Made by a program: the position numbers and the translations under genes. Shown here piece after piece: positions 49,404 to 58,412 of a stretch of 64,000 bases of DNA. Location of the stretch: positions 1 through 64,000 of the IMG/VR virus record IMGVR_UViG_3300047496_000213; one strand, given 5' to 3'. This DNA is from a virus. Every line of letters begins with the position of its first letter. Positions within the stretch are counted from its first letter, which is position 1. The notes under the pieces are model-generated. The model had not been told where the DNA came from. It ran no database searches and saw only the letters and a list, made by a program, of their open reading frames with translations.

Positions 49404-49835
49404 ATGAATTTTTTCAAGTTATTCAGAAGACCACCAGACTACATTGTAGGTGATATATCTGATCCTTATTTGAAGCGTTGGTGGATAGTTCCTCGAAACA
49501 AATATTTAAATATTTATTTGCACCATTTTTTAAGATCAGATGATGATAGAGCCTTACACGATCATATGTACGATAATGTAAGCATTTTGCTACATGGAGC
49601 ATATAATGAGCAAAAGACTAACGGAAAACGATATATTAAAGCTCCTAATATTATTTTCAGAAAAGCGGCAACTTTACATCGTATAGAATTGATTGATAAC
49701 TGTTCTACTTGGACTCTTTTCATTACCGGACCAAGATATAGAGAATGGGGATTTTCTTGTCCTCAAGGATGGAGGCCATGGCAAAAATTTGTGGACATGA
49801 ATAATCCCGGTCTGCGAGGCCCTGGATGCGATTAA
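49404..49835 (+). CDS. Cupin-like phage protein
   Basis: IYLHHFLRSDDDRALHDH...HRIEL...WTLFITGP. Confidence 0.75.
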   Translation: MNFFKLFRRPPDYIVGDISDPYLKRWWIVPRNKYLNIYLHHFLRSDDDRALHDHMYDNVSILLHGAYNEQKTNGKRYIKAPNIIFRKAATLHRIELIDNCSTWTLFITGPRYREWGFSCPQGWRPWQKFVDMNNPGLRGPGCD

Positions 49836-49887
49836 TATAGTAAGTTCAATTTAGCTTTGATATATTTTAGAAAATAAGGAAAATAAA

Positions 49888-50271
49888 ATGACAAATTTAA
49901 TTGATAAATATAATCGCAATCGTCCGTTTTTGATGATTACTCGGTTAGCTCATGTGGCTAAAGGCGTAAGAACAGAAATTCGTGGATGGGATAAGAAATC
50001 TGAGAACACTAGAATTGAAGAAAATCATAGAATTATTGATCGCGTTAACGATACACACATGCGAGATGCCGTAGTAATTATAGATGTTGTTAAGAATGTT
50101 TGTGTTAAAAATGCGATGACAGATTCTCCAGATAATGAAGTTATATCGTATTTTTTACAAAAATATAAAGAAGATGTCTCCAAATCATTGAATTCATGGG
50201 CAACATTAAAGGCACAGGAAAAAGCCAAACAAATTCCGGAACCATCTATTGATGGTGTTTATGGTGTGTAA
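49888..50271 (+). CDS. Hypothetical protein
   Basis: SD AAGGA; ORF. Confidence 0.7.
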   Translation: MTNLIDKYNRNRPFLMITRLAHVAKGVRTEIRGWDKKSENTRIEENHRIIDRVNDTHMRDAVVIIDVVKNVCVKNAMTDSPDNEVISYFLQKYKEDVSKSLNSWATLKAQEKAKQIPEPSIDGVYGV

Positions 50272-50960
50272 TGAAAGTTATATTGACAGATATTGATGAT
50301 ACAATTCTGCAATTTTCACATCATTTTGAGAATTGGGCGCGTAATAAAAAAGGTTATAATCTAAATAGTAGAATGAGAGAAATTGGTAGTTTATCGGATG
50401 CTATAGGATGTGACCGAGAAACTATTGATGATCTTATATTAGAATTTTCTGAAGATCATAGCGAGTTTGGTATTTTGACGCCTGAAAAAGACGCTCTTTA
50501 TATATTACCTATCTTGCATAAAATGGGATATCAATTTGTCGCTATTTCTGCTTGTATTCATGGGCCTGAAGTTACCGCCATAAGGCGTAAAAATCTAGAA
50601 ACAGCCTTCGGTTTCAAGTGGCTCGGAATCCACTGTGTGGGCCTTAAACAATCAAAAGAAATACAATTAAGCGCCCATGATACAGCTTATTGGGTTGAAG
50701 ATAATTTGGCGCACGCCTTAGTTGGTGCTCAAGTTGGCCACAAGACTTTCTTACTGGATCGTCCGTATAATCAAGGTGAATTACCAGACGGTAATCCGAT
50801 GAGAGTGAAATCTTGGCACAACATTTTCGAAGAAATCGTTAGGAACGAACCTAAGATAAGTATTACTGATACGGATTTGGTTATTACTAATCCGGTTCCT
50901 CATGCATCCGTTCCAACGATGCCGACAGGAAAATATAAGACGTTTAATATTAGGAGCTAA
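50271..50960 (+). CDS. HAD-family 5'-nucleotidase-like protein
   Basis: ILTDIDDT, WVEDN, DRPYN. Confidence 0.8.
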   Translation: MKVILTDIDDTILQFSHHFENWARNKKGYNLNSRMREIGSLSDAIGCDRETIDDLILEFSEDHSEFGILTPEKDALYILPILHKMGYQFVAISACIHGPEVTAIRRKNLETAFGFKWLGIHCVGLKQSKEIQLSAHDTAYWVEDNLAHALVGAQVGHKTFLLDRPYNQGELPDGNPMRVKSWHNIFEEIVRNEPKISITDTDLVITNPVPHASVPTMPTGKYKTFNIRS

Positions 50961-50964
50961 GGCG

Positions 50965-51150
50965 ATGAAAAGAATGAGTATTGATCAACAACTTCTAGAA
51001 AATGAACGAAGACTACGAAAAGTCAGAGACAATAATTATGTTCAAATCCATATCAAAAAAGCATTACAGCATCTTGATTCCGATAAAGTTATGGTGAAAA
51101 CAAAGCTATTGGAAGCATTAGAAGAGTTAGAAAAATGTATGGTGAACTAA
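50965..51150 (+). CDS. Small hypothetical protein
   Basis: SD AGGAG; 61 aa. Confidence 0.5.
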   Translation: MKRMSIDQQLLENERRLRKVRDNNYVQIHIKKALQHLDSDKVMVKTKLLEALEELEKCMVN

Positions 51151-51701
51151 CTGTCATTACAGGTCCGATGTTCAGTTCTAAGACCACAGAACTTTTGAAA
51201 AGAATATTGTGGGCTAAAAATGGTGAAAATAAAGAAGTCTTAGTAATCAAACCAGCTTTTGATGATCGTTATTCTATAACTAAAATAGTTTCACACGATG
51301 GTTTAAGTGTTGATGCAGAATCAATTACATCATGGGCAAATATTTATGAATCCGCTTTATTTGCGGATATGATTTTTATCGATGAACTTCAGTTTTTTTG
51401 CGAACCATATTTTTCTGGAGATATAATTCAAGAAGTAATTAATCTTTTGAAGCAAGGTAAAACTGTTATAGCTAACGGACTAGATATGGATTTTGAAGGA
51501 AATGCTTTTCCTATAACAAAAACACTATTTACTATGGCTGATAATGCAATAAAACTTAGGTCTAATTGTGTTATTTGTGGTAAAAATGCAACAAAAACTT
51601 ATAAGAAGAAACTTTCATATGAACAGCAAGTTGAATTAGGTTCTAGTGATTTGTATGAGGCCCGCTGCAATAAACATTGGTATGGTATAGTCGAGTTTTG
51701 A
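51135..51701 (+). CDS. tdk: Thymidine kinase
   Basis: GPMFSSKTTELL, FIDELQF, GLDMDF, CVICG, YEARC. Confidence 0.95.
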   Translation: MYGELTVITGPMFSSKTTELLKRILWAKNGENKEVLVIKPAFDDRYSITKIVSHDGLSVDAESITSWANIYESALFADMIFIDELQFFCEPYFSGDIIQEVINLLKQGKTVIANGLDMDFEGNAFPITKTLFTMADNAIKLRSNCVICGKNATKTYKKKLSYEQQVELGSSDLYEARCNKHWYGIVEF

Positions 51702-51790
51702 GACAATAAAACACCATATATGAAAGTTTTTTGGTGATCCTAAATACTTTTCGAGAGCGGTTAAATTAACTCTAACTCGGAGATCACACA

Positions 51791-52573
51791 GTGGCAAGAA
51801 ACATTGCTAAACGGGCATCAAGACCTAACCCAAGAGAAGAACGAAACACACCAGAATATAGAAGAAAGCGAGACAATATAGTCAACTTTGACGAAGCCGC
51901 CTCAAAAAGCTACCGTCGCAAAAAAGTTGAACTACTTCCACGAAATCTCGCTCAAGAAAATTACCTTGATTTATTAGAAAATCCTGACAAAAATATCGTC
52001 ATAGCAATGGGTCCTGCTGGAACCGGTAAAACTTTATTGGCAACATTATTTGCCATTCAAGAACTTCAAGCTGGAAATGTAGAAAAAATTATTGTTACCC
52101 GCCCTTTGGTGGCAACTGGAGAAAACATTGGGGCTCTTCCTGGTGACCTAATTGCAAAACTTTCGGTCTGGGCAATTCCGATTTTAGATATATTCAAGGA
52201 ATACTATTCTATTGCTACTGTAAAAAAACTTTTAGAAGATGAAACTCTTGAGTTAGCTTCACTAGGTTTGATGAGAGGTAGATCACTAAAAAACGCAATT
52301 GTGATAGGGGATGAAATGCAAAATGGAACTCCAGATCAATTTAAAAATCTGTTGACTCGTATTTCTGATGTAGGAAATACAAAAATGATTATAACAGGTG
52401 ATATAAATCAGCATGATCGTGGTTTTGCTGAAAACGGTCTGAAGGATTTCGTAGAACGTTTAGAAAAAAATCCGAATTGTGCAAATAGAATTGGTTTAGT
52501 TAAATTTTCTACAGGTGATGTAGAACGGCATCCTGTTATTGCTCAAGTATTGAAATTATATGGAGAAAATTAA
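51791..52573 (+). CDS. phoH: PhoH-family ATPase
   Basis: GPAGTGKT, VTRP, MRGRSL, DEMQN, TGDINQHD, VERHP. Confidence 0.95.
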   Translation: MARNIAKRASRPNPREERNTPEYRRKRDNIVNFDEAASKSYRRKKVELLPRNLAQENYLDLLENPDKNIVIAMGPAGTGKTLLATLFAIQELQAGNVEKIIVTRPLVATGENIGALPGDLIAKLSVWAIPILDIFKEYYSIATVKKLLEDETLELASLGLMRGRSLKNAIVIGDEMQNGTPDQFKNLLTRISDVGNTKMIITGDINQHDRGFAENGLKDFVERLEKNPNCANRIGLVKFSTGDVERHPVIAQVLKLYGEN

Positions 52574-52616
52574 GCTCTCGTAAGTATCAAAATACAAATA
52601 AAATACTACTTTACAG

Positions 52617-52669
52617 GCCATAATGATTCTTTAGGTAATTACTTATTGATTAGAAAGAACCATTATGGC
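52617..52669. terminator. Hairpin between convergent genes
   Basis: gccataatgattcttt...aaagaaccattatggc. Confidence 0.5.
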
Positions 52670-52723
52670 TGGAAGAAAAACAAAAATTACTGTCGTTATT
52701 ACTGATCCGGTTTCATTCGGAAT

Positions 52724-53194
52724 TTAAAGTTCTTGATGGGCTCGCGCCCTTAGACGATAAATTTCGTGAATGTATTCCCATTCTGTCAGAGTTGTATTCG
52801 TTGGATCGTGTTTTCCGATTTTGTGCGTCAGCACCGCAACCCCTGTATCATAAAGAGCCTTTCGAAATGCTTCGTTCTGGTCGAAGCATGCGTCATACGC
52901 CTTCGAAATGAGGTTGTGATATTTCTTGGACAAGCGCGGGTAGGGTTTCCCCCGCCAATATAAGGTTTGCGTCTCCTTCCAGGCATTTCCGAGTTGGCCG
53001 ACCTTAAATGCGTCGTAGCCATGGAGGGCCGCAATCATTTCCTGTTCCTCAAGCCCTTCTTGCTTAATCGACTGAATCCACCCTTCAAAAGCACCGCACT
53101 GGACACCATCTAACTTGAATGGATATGGAAACAGGTTTGAAAGGGCGGTTCCGAGACCACCATTTTTATAACCCAGATCGATGATTTCGGTCAT
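52724..53194 (-). CDS. NADAR-family ADP-ribosylhydrolase (T4 gp30.3-like)
   Basis: ALSNLFPYPFKLDGVQCGAFEGWIQSIK...TLYWRG...QNEAFRKAL...TLTEWEY. Confidence 0.85.
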   Translation of the reverse strand: MTEIIDLGYKNGGLGTALSNLFPYPFKLDGVQCGAFEGWIQSIKQEGLEEQEMIAALHGYDAFKVGQLGNAWKETQTLYWRGKPYPRLSKKYHNLISKAYDACFDQNEAFRKALYDTGVAVLTHKIGKHDPTNTTLTEWEYIHEIYRLRARAHQEL

Positions 53195-53373
53195 TATAAT
53201 ATCTTTCTTGCTTGGTTAGAGAGGGGTTAGACGGCTCTTCGCAGAGAGGAACAAGAGAGATTATATCCTTTTTTCAACTTTTTTCAACTTTTTTTCGTTT
53301 GTGCTGTTGACTTATCATAGGGAGAGAGTATTTAGGAATCTCTCCCTGTAGCTGCTTAACAAAAGGAACCTTC

Positions 53374-53931
53374 ATGACGCAGCCAAACGAAGGCGGAAAC
53401 GCCGAATCTACCCACCTTGATCGGGTGGTTACGCTAACAGCGGCTTATGTCGCTGGGAATACCGTTCGGGCTGGTGAACTTGGCGAAATTGTCGCTTTGT
53501 TCGCTACGGCTCTACGTGGCCTGGACGCGCCCATCGTTCCGGAAGTTATTCCGGAAGAGCCTAAGGTATCGATCAAGAAGTCGATTACACCCGACTATCT
53601 GATCTGCCTGGATGACGGAATGCGCTTCAAGTCGCTGAAGCGTCACCTGTCCACACTCGGTATGACTCCGGACGAATATCGTGCGAAGTGGGGCCTGGAC
53701 AAGGACTATCCGATGGTTGCTCCATCTTACAGTGAAGCTCGGTCCACTCTCGCAAAGACGGCTGGCCTGGGTCGCAAGCGTTCGGATGAAACCGTTGCTC
53801 CTGCCGTAGCGGAAACTCCCGCTGCCGCCGTAGCGGAAACTTCCGCGCCGGTGACTGAGACGGTTGCTGAAACCCCGGCGCCCAAGGCTCCGAAGGGTAA
53901 GAAGGCCGCCAAGGAAACGGTTGAAGCGTAA
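53374..53931 (+). CDS. mucR: Ros/MucR-family zinc-finger regulator with Ala/Pro/Lys-rich tail
   Basis: SIKKSITPDYLICLDDGMRFKSLKRHL..LGMTPDEYRAKWGL..DYPMVAPSYS..RS.LAK.AGLG. Confidence 0.93.
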   Translation: MTQPNEGGNAESTHLDRVVTLTAAYVAGNTVRAGELGEIVALFATALRGLDAPIVPEVIPEEPKVSIKKSITPDYLICLDDGMRFKSLKRHLSTLGMTPDEYRAKWGLDKDYPMVAPSYSEARSTLAKTAGLGRKRSDETVAPAVAETPAAAVAETSAPVTETVAETPAPKAPKGKKAAKETVEA

Positions 53932-53949
53932 TTTACGCTTCAATTTCCT

Positions 53950-53984
53950 AAAAAAAGGGTCGCTGGAAACAGCGACCCTTTTTT
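53950..53984 (+). terminator. Rho-independent terminator
   Basis: aaaaaagggtcgctg-gaaa-cagcgacccttttt. Confidence 0.9.
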
Positions 53985-53997
53985 ATTTCTTTTCATA

Positions 53998-54026
53998 TTG
54001 ACAAAAACTTCAAAAAGATATAAATA
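53998..54026 (+). promoter_or_regulatory. Overlapping sigma70-type and T4-late-type promoter of the NAD operon
   Basis: TTGACA-17 nt-TAAATA, with the -10 inside a perfect TATAAATA. Confidence 0.6.
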
Positions 54027-54084
54027 GATTTTAACGGTTACGGGATAGACCCATTTACCGGCCATAGCATCTGTAGGAGCTACG

Positions 54085-55338
54085 ATGACCATTAATGAAG
54101 CGCAATTGCGCTATGATCTTGCGGTATTTATCGGGAGATTTCAAATTTTTCATAATGGTCATCTTCATGTAATCGAAGAAGCTCTACAAAAAGCTCGAAC
54201 AGTTCTAATCATTATCGGTTCTGCCAACGAAGCACGGAAGCCTGACCGTTTGCCTTTTACGGCTGATGAACGTCGGGAAATGATTATTAATAGTATTTCA
54301 GATACGAAATATCAGTGGCGATCTGTCACCGAAACGGAAAAAACCGTTTACGCGCAATCTATAGATATTTCGGATCGTGAGCGCGTCTTTATAAAGTATG
54401 CCGAAGATTTTAGTAATATGACGCTTTGGACAGAGCAAATTCAACGACTGGTAGAAGAAACAGTTAATAATTTGACTGATTCTAGATTGTTTGAAAAAGC
54501 AAAGATTACTTTGATTGGTCATGCTAAGGATAATTCAAGTTTTTATTTGAAGGCTTTCCCTCAATGGGATTCCATAAATGTTGAACAAAAACATATTCTT
54601 TCGGCCACGGATATTCGAAATGATTATTTCAAAGATTGGAACAATATCGATGAATATTGGAATCGATGGTATACATATGTTGTTCCAACTATCCCAAAAG
54701 GAACTCTGAGTTTTCTTAATAAATTCAGATCGACTGAATTTTATACAGAAATTTGCAAAGAACTTCGTTTCATGGAAACCTACTTGGCTCAATGGGATTC
54801 CGTTCCTTATAAGCCAAATTTCCTCACTGTGGATAATGTTGTTATCCAAAGCGGATTTATCCTTTTGATTCAGCGAAAGTCTTATCCTGGCAAAGATTTG
54901 TGGGCACTTCCTGGTGGACATCTGGAACAAGATGAAACTGTCGAGCAAGGAACTCTTCGTGAATTGAGAGAAGAAACAAAGCTGAAAGTACCGGAATCAG
55001 TCCTAAAAGGCAGTATTGTCGCCACAAAATATTTCGATAATCCTTATCGGTCTACGCGGCGTAGAACACTAACGTTTGCCACTTTATTTCATCTTAACCC
55101 AAAGGTTCCGGAACGTATCTTAAGCGTGAAGACGGATGGAACACCAAATACATTTTCTGAGACGGAAGAAGCTTATCGGAAGCGTGTAAAGGAAGCTTTA
55201 CGCTTGCCTCGTGTTACTGCGGCGGATGATGCTAAAAAAGCTAAATGGGTTCGTTTGGACGAGATTCGTCGGGATCAAATGATGGAAGATCATTTTTCCA
55301 TCATTCAAACAATGAAGGCAATGATTAAAGAAGATTGA
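54085..55338 (+). CDS. nadM: Bifunctional NMN/NaMN adenylyltransferase - Nudix ADP-ribose pyrophosphatase
   Basis: FIGRFQIFHNGH (HxGH), LSATDIR; Nudix box GGHLEQDETVEQGTLRELREETKL. Confidence 0.93.
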   Translation: MTINEAQLRYDLAVFIGRFQIFHNGHLHVIEEALQKARTVLIIIGSANEARKPDRLPFTADERREMIINSISDTKYQWRSVTETEKTVYAQSIDISDRERVFIKYAEDFSNMTLWTEQIQRLVEETVNNLTDSRLFEKAKITLIGHAKDNSSFYLKAFPQWDSINVEQKHILSATDIRNDYFKDWNNIDEYWNRWYTYVVPTIPKGTLSFLNKFRSTEFYTEICKELRFMETYLAQWDSVPYKPNFLTVDNVVIQSGFILLIQRKSYPGKDLWALPGGHLEQDETVEQGTLRELREETKLKVPESVLKGSIVATKYFDNPYRSTRRRTLTFATLFHLNPKVPERILSVKTDGTPNTFSETEEAYRKRVKEALRLPRVTAADDAKKAKWVRLDEIRRDQMMEDHFSIIQTMKAMIKED

Positions 55339-55426
55339 CAAATTTTTCTGGATTAACCTCTGGACAAATACGAAATATGTTGTATAAAGAATGTAAGAAA
55401 TCCCGTCATGGATGGAGAGTTATTAA

Positions 55427-56752
55427 ATGAATATAGATTTTGCTTATAGGGCTCATTCGCACTCATATAAAATTGATCCGATTATTCGATCACTTCTCGA
55501 TGTTGATTTCTATAAGTTGCTTATGCAGCAATTGGTTTATACCAATCATTATTTTACACGAGTTGAATACGCAATTATTAATCGCACTCTATCTGTTGAT
55601 TTGGCACAGGAAATTAATCGCGCGGAATTGCGGGAACAACTTGAATACTGTCGCACTCTTCGTTTTACTCCTTCTGAATTAATTTGGCTTACGGGTCAAA
55701 CTTTCTATGGACAAATGGGTATTTTTCACAAGAGTTATATTGATTATCTTAGAACTTTTCAGCTTCCTGAATTTGAATTGAGTAATGATCAAAATGTGTT
55801 TGATTTGAGATTTTCTGGAAGCTGGGTAGAAGTCAAGCTTTGGGAAATATTTGCAATTTCAATTATTAACGAAATGCGATATCGTGAAATTATGAAGAAA
55901 ATGTCCAAATCTCAACTAGACATTATGTATGCTCGTGCCAAAGTTAGACTTTATGACAAGCTCGAAATTCTTTCTAATATTGAAGGGCTTAACCTAACCG
56001 ATTTTGGAACGCGCCGCCGTCATAGTTTTCTGTGGCAAGAACATTGTGTCCTAACAGCAATGGAAGTTTTGGGTGATAAATTTACTGGAACTTCAAATGT
56101 TCACTTAGCAATGAAACATAATTTGGAAGCAAAGGGAACTAATGCTCATTCGCTTCCGATGGTTTTTGCCGCTTTGGCTAAAAATGATGAAGAACTGAAG
56201 CAATCTCAATACAAGGTTCTTCGTGAATGGGAAGAATTTTACAGAGGTAATATGTTGGTTTTCCTTCCCGATACCTTTGGAACGACTCAATTTCTTAGAA
56301 ATGCGCCGCCAATTTTAGCTCAAACTTGGGCTGGAGCTAGACCAGATTCAAAAGACCCAATTGTAGGTGGAGAAGAATTGATCAATTGGTGGAAGATGCA
56401 TGGCGTTAACCCACAAGAGAAACTTATAATTTTTTCGGATGGTCTAGATGTTAATCTTGATCGTCGTGATGCAATCAATATGGATAATGATATTCCAACT
56501 ATCCAAGAACATTTCAAAGATAGAGTTAAAGTTGGTTTTGGATGGGGGACAAATCTGACTAATGACTTTCGTTTTAATTCAGAAATGAAACCTATCAGCC
56601 TTGTCTGTAAAGTCGCCTCCGTTAACGGCAAACCGGCAGTTAAACTTTCTGACGTAAAATCAAAGGCTACGGGTGAAGCCGAAGAAGTTAAGCGATATCA
56701 AAGAGTCTTCGGAGAAGAGGGAATTGAGATAGGTCCAGTTCTTATTGTGTAA
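55427..56752 (+). CDS. pncB: Nicotinate phosphoribosyltransferase
   Basis: LLDVDFYKLLM, TDFGTRRRHS, GTSN, GTNAH, RPDS, FSDGL, GWGTNLTND. Confidence 0.93.
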   Translation: MNIDFAYRAHSHSYKIDPIIRSLLDVDFYKLLMQQLVYTNHYFTRVEYAIINRTLSVDLAQEINRAELREQLEYCRTLRFTPSELIWLTGQTFYGQMGIFHKSYIDYLRTFQLPEFELSNDQNVFDLRFSGSWVEVKLWEIFAISIINEMRYREIMKKMSKSQLDIMYARAKVRLYDKLEILSNIEGLNLTDFGTRRRHSFLWQEHCVLTAMEVLGDKFTGTSNVHLAMKHNLEAKGTNAHSLPMVFAALAKNDEELKQSQYKVLREWEEFYRGNMLVFLPDTFGTTQFLRNAPPILAQTWAGARPDSKDPIVGGEELINWWKMHGVNPQEKLIIFSDGLDVNLDRRDAINMDNDIPTIQEHFKDRVKVGFGWGTNLTNDFRFNSEMKPISLVCKVASVNGKPAVKLSDVKSKATGEAEEVKRYQRVFGEEGIEIGPVLIV

Positions 56753-56776
56753 ATTTCAGGACTGAAGGAATGGAAA

Positions 56777-57190
56777 ATGCCCCGACGCTCGTCTAATGTT
56801 CCTGTTATCAGTGAAACGAATGATGCCGTATTTTACGTCGTTCGGTTCATTGATGATGTATGGGATAGTGAATCCGAGATAGCCAATTATGCAGACGCGC
56901 TGGAAAAACAAGCTGCTGGCAAAAATCCATGGTTTCCAGCCAAAATTTCTCGGGTATTTGTAGAAAATGATATTAGAAAGATTGAATTCCAAAATGGATA
57001 TGCTCAACAAGACAATGATCGATCATTTCGTTTTGCTGAAATGTTCGTCAACTTTAAACAATTAAAGAAAATGTCATTCGGAGCAATTTTCCGAAATCTT
57101 TATTTTTTAAATTGGAAATTTTTACTATTACCATACCAGAACCACCACAAACCCTTGATGTATCATCTAAATCGTCATATCAAATCGTAG
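56777..57190 (+). CDS. Hypothetical protein within the NAD cluster
   Basis: ORF with purine-rich SD. Confidence 0.55.
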   Translation: MPRRSSNVPVISETNDAVFYVVRFIDDVWDSESEIANYADALEKQAAGKNPWFPAKISRVFVENDIRKIEFQNGYAQQDNDRSFRFAEMFVNFKQLKKMSFGAIFRNLYFLNWKFLLLPYQNHHKPLMYHLNRHIKS

Positions 57191-57225
57191 ATCAACAAAA
57201 ACTATTAAGTTAAGGAAAAAAGAAA

Positions 57226-57864
57226 ATGAAAACTGAAATTAAAGAAAACGATATTCTACTCATTATCGATCCGCAAATTGATTTTTGCGAAGGTGGAAAT
57301 CTGGCGGTGATTGGCGGCAATGCTATCATGTCGCTTATTGTGAAGATCGCTAAGAAATTCAAGAATGTGATCATCACTCAGGATTGGCACCCGGCGAATG
57401 CCAAGCAATTTGCAACAAACAATCCGGGTTCTACCGCGTTTTCGGTTCTCGAAAACTTTTATGGTCCTGGCACTGTGCAAGTTCTCTGGCCTCCGCATTG
57501 TATTCAAGGCTCTAAGGGCGCCGATTTCCATAAGATTCTGAACGCGGTTGTTCGCAAGGCGCAAGCTATCATTCGTAAGGGATATGATCCTGACATTGAT
57601 AGTCACTCGGCTTTCTTTGCCAATGACAAGAAGACGTCTACTGGTCTTGACGGCTACATTCGCAGTCGTGGTCTCACCGGTCGAATTTATATTGTCGGTC
57701 TGGCGTTTGATTATTGTGTTGGATATTCCGCGATTGATGCTCGCAATCTCGGATACGAAGTCACGGTGATCAAAAATGCTACGGCTTCGATTGCTCCGGA
57801 AACTGAAGCGGAAACGTTGAAGAAGTTCGCGGAACTTGGTATCGAAGTTATCGATTGGGAATAA
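57226..57864 (+). CDS. pncA: Nicotinamidase/pyrazinamidase
   Basis: IIDPQIDFCEGGNLAV, TQDWHP, WPPHC, IRKG, GLAFDYCV. Confidence 0.95.
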   Translation: MKTEIKENDILLIIDPQIDFCEGGNLAVIGGNAIMSLIVKIAKKFKNVIITQDWHPANAKQFATNNPGSTAFSVLENFYGPGTVQVLWPPHCIQGSKGADFHKILNAVVRKAQAIIRKGYDPDIDSHSAFFANDKKTSTGLDGYIRSRGLTGRIYIVGLAFDYCVGYSAIDARNLGYEVTVIKNATASIAPETEAETLKKFAELGIEVIDWE

Positions 57865-57869
57865 AAAAC

Positions 57870-58256
57870 GTGAAAAAGCCAGTTTCAAAGAATTATCTCT
57901 ATAAATATTATGAGAAAGAAACTTTTAGATTGACAAACATACCATACATGACGTTTATTCCAGAAAACGATCTCCTTCATACAACACCTCAATTTAAGTT
58001 TTATGAACTATGGAGAACTCGTGCTGATTTCATAGAATTGGAAATGAACTACAATTATGATCGTTATGTAATGCGTAATAAATCTCAAGAAAAAAGAGAT
58101 GAAATTGAAGAATATTATGCAAATAAAGTTAAGAAGTGGAAAATGAAAATTGGTACAACTGATGAAATGAAGAAGCAATTCGTTATTTATAAAATGTTCG
58201 AGGGAAGATCAGCGGCAGGTAATGCCGTTCTTGAGCAGGATGCTAAAGATGTTTGA
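57870..58256 (+). CDS. Hypothetical protein within the NAD cluster
   Basis: ORF; start uncertain. Confidence 0.5.
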   Translation: MKKPVSKNYLYKYYEKETFRLTNIPYMTFIPENDLLHTTPQFKFYELWRTRADFIELEMNYNYDRYVMRNKSQEKRDEIEEYYANKVKKWKMKIGTTDEMKKQFVIYKMFEGRSAAGNAVLEQDAKDV

Positions 58257-58412
58257 TAGCGGAGAAAATAGTCCAGAATGTTTCCACTGCGGCGATGCAG
58301 TCTGTGGAGGAAAAGAACGTGGTTGTGATGATTATTGGCTCTACCAGCTAATAAATCGTTGGAATATATTCAAATCAAGAGTATGGTTATTTTTAAAGAA
58401 AAGAGGGATGTA

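Noticed and set aside
58335-58412. N-terminal extension of NadE in the ORF track
   Set aside because: The nitrilase domain starts at MTKIAILQ (58413), which has an SD and a TAATG overlap.
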